The notes under the pieces are model-generated. The model made no database searches. It worked only from the letters and a program-made list of their open reading frames with translations, and had not been told where the DNA came from. Both the position numbers and the translations under genes were made by a program. This document shows, one piece after another, positions 57,089 through 64,000 of a stretch of DNA of 64,000 bases (positions are counted from its first letter, which is position 1; every line of letters begins with the position of its first letter). The stretch comes from Candidatus Latescibacterota bacterium. GTDB taxonomy: Bacteria > Latescibacterota > UBA2968. The stretch covers positions 2,624,001-2,688,000 of the forward strand of contig OZ242320.1 of NCBI GenBank assembly GCA_965208125.1, written 5' to 3'.

Positions 57089-58623
57089 ATGAACCCTCTT
57101 CTGGTGGCCTGGGCACTGCTCAGATTTTGCGTATTGTGATTTTTTTGGGTCTCATCGTTGTGATGATCTGGTTGCTATATACTATTCGAAGTACGCTGGT
57201 CCCTTTTTTTATTGCGTTTGTGCTGTCGTATTTTCTCATGCCCGTGGTTGATTTTCTCGAATCGCACCGCTTAAATCGTTTTATCGCCGTGGTTGTCGTC
57301 TTGCTGGCTGTTTTTGCAATTGTGGTCATTCCGCTTATTGTAGTCGCGCCTATGATTGTGCGCGGTACGGAGGATATGGTCAAGAGCATTATTGGTGAGC
57401 AGGGCACCTGGTACTGTGTGGTGGAAAATACGGGCGATGATGTGGTGAAGATTGATCGGTTTGAGAGCGAACTCGAAGATTTTAAGGTTGATGGCTTGCC
57501 CCTGGAATTGACACCCGGTGGGGGAGACGCGGAATCCGCTGCCCCACAGGCCAATCCAAAAGTGGTCGGTGGGCGAGATACACTGCGCGTGGTATTTTCT
57601 CCACAAGCGGATGAACCGCGCCAGGCGTCTTTGAGGTTGTACGGTTCGTCTGGCAGCCGGGAAGATTCTATTGTGTTGACGCTTAGAGGGAATATGGAGG
57701 ATGTGTCATCGGTTTCGGATACAATGGCTTCGGTTCAATTTGGCACATCTAAAATTTTAATCTCGGCGACAAAACATGCGTTTGGCAAATACAAGCCCAG
57801 TTCTTTGATGGCACTCAAGTCAGTTTATGAAACTTCATTCCTGCCGTGGCTGAAATCAGCTCAGACTTATCTCGAAGAAATTTTGCCAATGCTCAAGGGC
57901 CGCGATTGGGAGGAAGAAATTTTGCCAATGCTCAAGGGCCGCGATTGGATACAGGCCGCAAATCAGTACCTGCAAAACGTTGTGACAATTTTGCTTAAGG
58001 AAACTCCCGGATTGGTCGGGCAATTGCTATCGGGACTTACCTTGTTCATCATTGTGCCTTTTGCTTTATTCTTTTTTTTAGCAGAGGGCAGAACGATCAA
58101 GCGTGCGATTATCGAGCAGGTGCCAAATCGATATTTTGAACTGATATTAAATCTGTTGTATCGCATTGACAGGCAATTGGGGAGCTATATGCGCGGTATG
58201 GTGTTATCTGTAATAATTGTTTCGCTTCTGTCAAGTACCGGACTTTATATCATCGGTCTGGAACATTTTTTGGTGATTGGTCTTCTCGCTGGTTTGGCCA
58301 ATGTAATTCCCTATATGGGACCTGCGATTGGGATTATTGCCGGTGTTGTTGCCGCTGTATTGCAATATTCTGCGCTGAGTTTTGGTGTGGTTATTCCAGT
58401 GATTATAGTGTTTGCGATCGTTCAGCTCGTAGATAATGTTTTTGTCGCTCCTATGGTGGTTGGGCGCAGTGTTAATTTGCATCCTCTGCTCGTTATTTTT
58501 GCGGTGTTCGTTGGCAGCGAGTTGTTTGGCGCAGTTGGCATGTTATTGGCCGTGCCCACAACAGCGGTGATTAAAGTATCTGTGCGGACGATTTATGAGG
58601 GGTGGCGAAGTTATTCGGTTTAG
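57085..58623 (+). CDS. AI-2E family transporter with a large inserted soluble domain
   Basis: N-terminal TMs (PFFIAFVLSYFLMPVV); YMRG, IPYMGP, QLVDNVFVAP..VG..VNLHP, GMLLAVP; 512 aa, longer than usual for the family. Confidence 0.85.
   Translation: MNEPSSGGLGTAQILRIVIFLGLIVVMIWLLYTIRSTLVPFFIAFVLSYFLMPVVDFLESHRLNRFIAVVVVLLAVFAIVVIPLIVVAPMIVRGTEDMVKSIIGEQGTWYCVVENTGDDVVKIDRFESELEDFKVDGLPLELTPGGGDAESAAPQANPKVVGGRDTLRVVFSPQADEPRQASLRLYGSSGSREDSIVLTLRGNMEDVSSVSDTMASVQFGTSKILISATKHAFGKYKPSSLMALKSVYETSFLPWLKSAQTYLEEILPMLKGRDWEEEILPMLKGRDWIQAANQYLQNVVTILLKETPGLVGQLLSGLTLFIIVPFALFFFLAEGRTIKRAIIEQVPNRYFELILNLLYRIDRQLGSYMRGMVLSVIIVSLLSSTGLYIIGLEHFLVIGLLAGLANVIPYMGPAIGIIAGVVAAVLQYSALSFGVVIPVIIVFAIVQLVDNVFVAPMVVGRSVNLHPLLVIFAVFVGSELFGAVGMLLAVPTTAVIKVSVRTIYEGWRSYSV
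57874..57948 (+). repeat. Exact in-frame 36-bp direct repeat (period 39) inside the AI-2E gene
   Basis: gaagaaattttgccaatgctcaagggccgcgattgg at 57874-57909 and 57913-57948 (EEILPMLKGRDW twice). Confidence 0.95.
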
Positions 58624-58636
58624 GAGAGAAGGAGTA

Positions 58637-61357
58637 ATGGAGACGATGAAAGATAAAGCTTTGGAGCGTGCCTACGATCCAAAAGATATTGAAAAGACGT
58701 GGTATGATTTTTGGCACAGGAAGGGATATTTTCGCCCGGAGTTTCGCGCGACAGGCACCGCCTATACGGTGACGATTCCGCCGCCCAATGTGACGGGGGA
58801 GTTGCACATGGGCCATGCGCTGCAGCACGCGATTCACGACGCGGTGATTCGGTATAAGCGGATGCGGGGATTTCGCACGCTGTGTTTGCCCGGTACAGAT
58901 CACGCGGGTATTGGCACGCAGATGAAGGTAGAGCAAGAGATCTGGGAGAACGAAAAAAAGACGCGCCGCGATATTGGGCGTAGAGACTTGTTGAAACGGA
59001 TATGGGCCTGGCGGGAAAAATACGGTAGCACAATTTTGCGACAGTTGCGCGAGTTGGGCTGTAGTTATGACTGGTCGCGCGAGCGATTTACAATGGATGA
59101 GGAGTACGTGCGGGCGGTGTTGGAAACATTTGTGCGTTTTTACGAGAAGGGCTGGATTTATCGGGGCAAACGCATGGTGAACTGGTGCCCGCAGTGTGGC
59201 ACTGTGATTTCCGATCTCGAGGTGGAAGAAAGAGAGGTCGATAGCCATCTGTGGCATATTCGGTACAAAGGGATAGATGACGCGCCCGATGTGGTTGTGG
59301 CGACAACGCGCCCGGAAACTATGCTGGGCGATACCGGGGTGGCGGTACATCCATCCGATGTGCGATGGCGAGATGCCGTGGGTAAAATGGTGATGTTGCC
59401 ACTTATGGATCGCCCCATTCCCATTGTGGCAGATGACTATGCCGATCCAGAGATGGGGAGCGGTGCGGTGAAGGTGACTCCGGCACACGATCCCAACGAT
59501 TACGAGATAGGGCAGCGTCACGATTTATCCGAAATCGCGGTTATTGGTCTGAATGGCGAAATGACAGAAGAGGCAGGTGCTTATGTCGGGCAGGACCGGT
59601 ATGTGTGTCGCAAGGCGGTGATCGAGGCACTCGACAATTTGGGTTTGATGGAAAAAATTGAGGGTTATACCCACGCGGTGCCTCATCACGATCGCTGTGG
59701 CACGGTGATTGAACCGATGCCTATGGAGCAGTGGTTTGTGGCAATGCGCGATTTGGCCGATTTGATTTTGCCCCTGATGCGCGAGAAGAAGATTGATTAT
59801 GTGCCGGATCGGTTTCGGGAATATTCGATTGAATGGCTGGAGAATATCCGCGACTGGTGTATTTCGAGGCAACTGTGGTGGGGACACCGCATTCCGGTGT
59901 GGACGTGTGAAAATTGTAGTGAGGTGATTGTAAATGCAGAGCCACCCGAGGTGTGTACAACGTGTGGCAGTCAGCAGTTGACGCAAGACCCCGATGTGCT
60001 CGATACGTGGTTTTCCTCGGCGCTGTGGCCTTTTGCAACGCTGGGTTGGCCCGAAGATACAGAGGATTTGAAGCTGTTTCACCCGACGGATTTGATGATT
60101 ACGGGACGGGATATTTTGTATTTGTGGGTGATTCGGATGATTATGACGGCTGTTGAATTTGTGGATGAGATTCCGTTCCGGACGGTGCTGGTTCATCCCA
60201 CTGTGCAAACGCGCGATGGCAAGCGCATGAGCAAGTCGCTGGGTACGGGAATTGATCCACGCGAATTGATTGACCGCTATGGTGCCGATGCCACGCGCCT
60301 GTCGCTTTTGTATCAATGCGGCAGTTCGCAGGATATTCGGTTTGATGCCGATGTGAAGGATAATAAGTTGCAAGATTCGCCCATCGCAGAAATGTGCCGC
60401 AATTTTTGCAACAAAATTTGGAATGCCGCGCGGTTTGTACAAATGAATCTGGACGATCGCGACATCCGCGATGTGGCGTTGCAGACGGTACCCGAGCCGA
60501 TTACAGACCTTTCTGATCGGTGGATTTTGAGTTTGTACAATCGCACGGTGTTACAGGTTACAGAGGCTTTGGAGGCGTATCGCTTTGACGAGGCGGCGCG
60601 CGCGTTGTACGATTTTGTGTGGAGCGCGTATTGCGATTGGTATGTGGAGATGGCAAAAGTGCGCCTGTATGGCGATGATCAAACCGCCCGTCAAACCGCG
60701 CAGTCGATTTTGTGTGTCGTGTTTGAGGGCACGTTGCGCCTGTTGCATCCCGTTGCACCTTTTATTTCTGAGGCGTTGTGGCAGACCTTTCCACGCGAGG
60801 GCGAGGCACTTATTGCCGCGCCCTGGCCCAAATGCGACAAAATGCAATTTGATAAAGCAGCGGAGCGAGAAATGGCTTTGATGCAGGATGTGGTGGGTGC
60901 TGTGCGCCATATTCGAGGTACGATGCGTATTCCGCCGGGCAAGCGCGTGGATGTGGTGTGTAAGACGGGTTCAGAGGAGGCGCACGCGATTTTGACGTCT
61001 GTCCAGGGCTATATGAAGGCGTTGGGGCGCATTGAAAATTTGACTCTTGGCGCGGCTTTAGAACGCCCGGTAGCGTCCGCGAGTGCTGTGGTTGGCGATG
61101 TGGAAATTTTTGTGCCTTTGGCTGGCGTGATTGATTTCACTGTGGAACGTCAGAGATTGGAGAAGGAGATTGGGGGATTGGAAAAGGCACTGGGGGGATT
61201 GGAGAAGAAGTTGAGCAATGCGGGTTTTTTGAACAATGCCCCCGCAGAGATCGTGGCAAAAGAGCGCGAACGCGAACGCGAGTATCGGGAGACGCTGTCG
61301 AAGTTTCGGGAAAATCTGGCTGTACTTTCAGAGGGAGATTCAAATGTCGAGCGTTAG
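58637..61357 (+). CDS. valS: Valyl-tRNA synthetase
   Basis: PPPNVTGELHMGHA, GTDHAGI, ATTRPET, DWCISRQLWWGH, DTWFSS, RMSKS, C-terminal coiled coil. Confidence 0.97.
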   Translation: METMKDKALERAYDPKDIEKTWYDFWHRKGYFRPEFRATGTAYTVTIPPPNVTGELHMGHALQHAIHDAVIRYKRMRGFRTLCLPGTDHAGIGTQMKVEQEIWENEKKTRRDIGRRDLLKRIWAWREKYGSTILRQLRELGCSYDWSRERFTMDEEYVRAVLETFVRFYEKGWIYRGKRMVNWCPQCGTVISDLEVEEREVDSHLWHIRYKGIDDAPDVVVATTRPETMLGDTGVAVHPSDVRWRDAVGKMVMLPLMDRPIPIVADDYADPEMGSGAVKVTPAHDPNDYEIGQRHDLSEIAVIGLNGEMTEEAGAYVGQDRYVCRKAVIEALDNLGLMEKIEGYTHAVPHHDRCGTVIEPMPMEQWFVAMRDLADLILPLMREKKIDYVPDRFREYSIEWLENIRDWCISRQLWWGHRIPVWTCENCSEVIVNAEPPEVCTTCGSQQLTQDPDVLDTWFSSALWPFATLGWPEDTEDLKLFHPTDLMITGRDILYLWVIRMIMTAVEFVDEIPFRTVLVHPTVQTRDGKRMSKSLGTGIDPRELIDRYGADATRLSLLYQCGSSQDIRFDADVKDNKLQDSPIAEMCRNFCNKIWNAARFVQMNLDDRDIRDVALQTVPEPITDLSDRWILSLYNRTVLQVTEALEAYRFDEAARALYDFVWSAYCDWYVEMAKVRLYGDDQTARQTAQSILCVVFEGTLRLLHPVAPFISEALWQTFPREGEALIAAPWPKCDKMQFDKAAEREMALMQDVVGAVRHIRGTMRIPPGKRVDVVCKTGSEEAHAILTSVQGYMKALGRIENLTLGAALERPVASASAVVGDVEIFVPLAGVIDFTVERQRLEKEIGGLEKALGGLEKKLSNAGFLNNAPAEIVAKEREREREYRETLSKFRENLAVLSEGDSNVER

Positions 61358-62342
61358 ATTTGGTATTATGGGATTGGGGCGCGGCCGCGGAGCAGCAAAA
61401 CAGGTGGCAGCAGCAGAGGGTAGCGCGTTGGTTTGCGTGTGTGATTTACAGGAAGACAAGGCCGTGGAGCAGGCCGAAATGTATGGATGCGACTGGTCGA
61501 CGAATTACAAGGCGATGTTTGCGCGCGATGATATCGATGCGATCGGTATCTATACGTCCAGTGGCACGCATTGCGATTACGCCATTGAAGCGATAGAAGC
61601 AGGCAAACATGCATTTGTCACCAAGCCGATGGATATTCTCGTGGAAAAGTGCGATGCGGCGATTCAGGCTGCAAAAGATGCGGGGAAGGTTCTGGCAGTG
61701 GATTTTGGAAATCGCTATTCTAAGGCAAACCAGCAATTGAAGGCAGCCATTGAACAGGGGATCATTGGACAGATTTTTTTGGGTGATGTGAAGATGAAGT
61801 GGTGGCGCGAGCAGAGCTATTACAATGGGGGCTTTCCCATGGGATGGCGCAGCCGCAAAGAGACAGAGGGCGGCTCGATAGCCAATCAGGGTGTGCATTT
61901 TGTCGATCTCATCTGCTGGTTGCTCGGCCCGGTAAAGGAAGTTTATGGGCGCAGTGCAACCATGACACACGATATTGAAACGGAAGATATTACAATTGCA
62001 CAGTTGACATTTCAAAGCGGCGCATGGGGGCTGATTACGACCACGACATCGAGTTACCCAAATTTGGGGACACAAGTGGAGATCAGCGGCACGGAAGGCA
62101 CTGTACGGTGGGATCAACGCGGCGGTATAGAAGTGATGACAAAGGATGAGGAATTGGTAGATTTGAGCCGTTTTGAAGTGCCCGATGCGCCTGCCGATAT
62201 TGCAGAGGATATGGTTTCTGCTATCACCAAAGGCACGGCCCCTGTGGTGTCGGGTGAAGAGGGCCGAAAGTCTGTTGAGCTCTTTTGCGCAGCTTATGCG
62301 TCTTCAAAATCGGGTTCTCCTGTGGTTATTGATCAGCAGTGA
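61344..62342 (+). CDS. Gfo/Idh/MocA-family oxidoreductase
   Basis: RFGIMGLG, AGKHAFVTKP, GGSIANQGVHFVD, ETED. Confidence 0.88.
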   Translation: MSSVRFGIMGLGRGRGAAKQVAAAEGSALVCVCDLQEDKAVEQAEMYGCDWSTNYKAMFARDDIDAIGIYTSSGTHCDYAIEAIEAGKHAFVTKPMDILVEKCDAAIQAAKDAGKVLAVDFGNRYSKANQQLKAAIEQGIIGQIFLGDVKMKWWREQSYYNGGFPMGWRSRKETEGGSIANQGVHFVDLICWLLGPVKEVYGRSATMTHDIETEDITIAQLTFQSGAWGLITTTTSSYPNLGTQVEISGTEGTVRWDQRGGIEVMTKDEELVDLSRFEVPDAPADIAEDMVSAITKGTAPVVSGEEGRKSVELFCAAYASSKSGSPVVIDQQ

Positions 62343-62357
62343 TACGCGGTTCGAAAT

Positions 62358-62846
62358 ATGTCTGAACAGTTGGAAGTAAAACTCGGAATATTGCTTCGAG
62401 AACGGGGCTGGACCATTGCTGTTGCAGAAACCACAACAGGAGGGTTGATCAGCGCCCGCATTGTTTCGGTTCCGGGCAGTTCGGCTTATTATGAGCGCGG
62501 GGTTATTGCGTATAGCGCGTTGTCTAAACGCGAGATGCTGGGGACAGATGTGCAGGTGATGGATACGTATGGTGCTGTGAGTGCAGAAGCCGCGTGCGCA
62601 ATGGCTAAAGGCGTGCGAAAGGTGAGTGGTGCAGATTTGGGTCTGGCCGAGACCGGGATCGCAGGCCCCATTCGCGGTCGGTCGGCCAAGCCCATCGGTA
62701 CGGCGTATATCGCGCTTGCCTATGCAGAGGGCGTGACGTGTAGAGATTTTCGGTTTGATGGGGGGCGCGATGCGATCCGCAATGCGATATCAGATGCTGC
62801 CCTGCAGATGGTGATTGAGACGATACAAAAAGCAATTGATAACTGA
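62358..62846 (+). CDS. CinA C-terminal / PncC-family (NMN amidohydrolase-like) protein
   Basis: AVAETTTGGL, VPGSSAYY, YGAVSAE, ETGIAGP, KPIGT. Confidence 0.85.
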   Translation: MSEQLEVKLGILLRERGWTIAVAETTTGGLISARIVSVPGSSAYYERGVIAYSALSKREMLGTDVQVMDTYGAVSAEAACAMAKGVRKVSGADLGLAETGIAGPIRGRSAKPIGTAYIALAYAEGVTCRDFRFDGGRDAIRNAISDAALQMVIETIQKAIDN

Positions 62847-62880
62847 TGTTAAGCAGTTTATCAAAGGAAGCTTCATTTTA

Positions 62881-62929
62881 CCACCATATCTTGTATATCT
62901 CATTTCAAATAAATCACAAGATATAGAGT
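62881..62929. promoter_or_regulatory. Tandem NrdR-box-like sites
   Basis: ccaCcAtATcTtGtat (62881-62896) and tcaCaAgATaTaGagt (62914-62929) fit acaCwAtATaTwGtgt at all six core positions; starts 33 bp apart. Confidence 0.6.
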
Positions 62930-63029
62930 CGCTGCATAATATCAACTGATAACTTGCTTTTTTGCGCGTTCAGCCGTATTTTCAGTGCCCTGTGCGATGT
63001 TCAATAAGTTCTGGGGTTTGGAGGCTTGT

Positions 63030-63380
63030 ATGAGAATTTCGGAAAAGATCCGCGGGGATGTCGCTGTCTTGACCCTGTCGGGTGAATTGATGAGTGGTCC
63101 CGAGGTTGCCCCGTTCCAAGATCATATCAAAAAACTTGTAAATGAGGGTATAAAAAAAGTGGTGGTTGATTTTTCCAGGGTGAGATGGTTTGGCAGTGCC
63201 ATGTTAGGCGTGCTAACGGCGAGTTTGACGACGTTGCGGGGTGAAGGCGGCGATTTGAGATTGACGGGCGTTACCAGAAAGATTGAAAGTATTTTAATGG
63301 TTACGCAGTTGGCAAATATTTTTACGACCCTGGATACAGTAGATCGGGCTGTGGAAAGTTTTGTAGATCAGGATGCATAG
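63030..63380 (+). CDS. STAS-domain anti-sigma factor antagonist
   Basis: VAVLTLSGEL, KVVVDFSRVRWFGSAMLGVL, GGDLRL; GGAGG SD. Confidence 0.88.
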   Translation: MRISEKIRGDVAVLTLSGELMSGPEVAPFQDHIKKLVNEGIKKVVVDFSRVRWFGSAMLGVLTASLTTLRGEGGDLRLTGVTRKIESILMVTQLANIFTTLDTVDRAVESFVDQDA

Positions 63381-63392
63381 AGATTTTTTTAG

Positions 63393-63758
63393 ATGAGAGT
63401 GAAAGTTGACATTCGCGACCAGGTTGCGGTTATGACTGTATCGGGTACCCTTATGAGTGGTCCTACGGTCGTTCCTTTTCAACACTATGTCGAAGAGGTC
63501 ATGGCCGATGGCATTACAAATGTCGTGGTCGATTTTTCCAAGGTGAAGTGGTTTGGCAGTACGATGTTGGGAGTATTAGCGGTCAGCCTGGAGATGTTGA
63601 GAAATGCTGGAGGCGATCTCAGGTTGGCTGGCATTGCAAACCGGATGGAGAGTTTGATGATGGTCGGAAAGTTGTCGTCGCATTTTCGCACGTTGGAATC
63701 GGTTGACGCGGCTATCGAAAGCTTTGTATCCGACCCGCCGGGGAGACGGGAAACATAA
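63393..63758 (+). CDS. STAS-domain anti-sigma factor antagonist (tandem paralogue)
   Basis: LMSGP, VVVDFSKVKWFGSTMLGVL, GGDLRL; clearly paralogous to 63030-63380. Confidence 0.88.
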   Translation: MRVKVDIRDQVAVMTVSGTLMSGPTVVPFQHYVEEVMADGITNVVVDFSKVKWFGSTMLGVLAVSLEMLRNAGGDLRLAGIANRMESLMMVGKLSSHFRTLESVDAAIESFVSDPPGRRET

Positions 63759-63791
63759 ATCGCCCCAAACTATCATCTGTATTTCGTTCAT

Positions 63792-63831
63792 AAAAAAGGG
63801 GTGCGATTATATCGCAATCCCTTCTTCTTTT
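63792..63831 (+). terminator. Probable terminator after the STAS pair
   Basis: aaaaaaggggtgcgat-tat-atcgcaatcccttcttctttt, imperfect hairpin with T-rich tail. Confidence 0.5.
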
Positions 63832-63904
63832 GGAAGAAAGTACGCAAAATATTTAGCCCCATCGACTCGGTGATGAGGCGATATATTGAAAGGAGACACA
63901 TCTT

Positions 63905-64000
63905 ATGTTGCATCGTATGATTCCCCCAGCACTGATGTTCTTATGTGCTTTTGTACAGTGCAGCGAAAAACAACCCGTGCCAAAATACACTGGCGATCTT
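63905..64000 (+). CDS. Start of a probable lipoprotein, truncated by the window edge
   Basis: AGGAG SD; MLHRMIPPALMFLCAFVQCSEKQPVPKYTGDL open to the end. Confidence 0.5.
   Translation, partial: MLHRMIPPALMFLCAFVQCSEKQPVPKYTGDL

Overview
Bacterial chromosomal window, dense with genes and mostly housekeeping. It holds aceE-aceF-lpdA, hflX, topA, xerC, mqnP/ubiA-ubiX, dinG, an RSH gene and HU, plus an ~18.6 kb all-plus-strand run (holB-metG-[island]-tatD-rsmA-ilvE-proC-hisH-hisF-proB-ftsB-like-recO-...-valS-...-cinA). A GWxTD-like protein, a Big_5-like lipoprotein, a DUF1800/DUF1501 pair and C-terminal paired EF-hand/dockerin-like tails suggest an FCB-group organism such as Latescibacterota (inference only). 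No rRNA, tRNA, CRISPR array or intact transposase was seen. The most striking unannotated signal lies in front of holB-metG: a sigma70-type promoter, a 31-codon leader ORF with its own SD in which Met, Pro, Val and His make up 15 of 31 codons, and mutually exclusive terminator/antiterminator pairings overlapping the leader stop codon. Those four amino acids match the downstream genes (metG; proC/proB; ilvE/valS; hisH/hisF), so this is a candidate multivalent ribosome-mediated attenuator. Other items worth checking: tandem NrdR-like boxes before two STAS genes, an intact RNase II-family gene with an eroded active site, a likely synthetase-dead RSH coupled to dinG, an AI-2E transporter with an inserted Ig-like domain and an exact duplication, two small islands of decaying toxin-antitoxin genes that share a palindromic element, and heptamer arrays anchored at stop codons. 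All family assignments are from motif recognition, not database searches.
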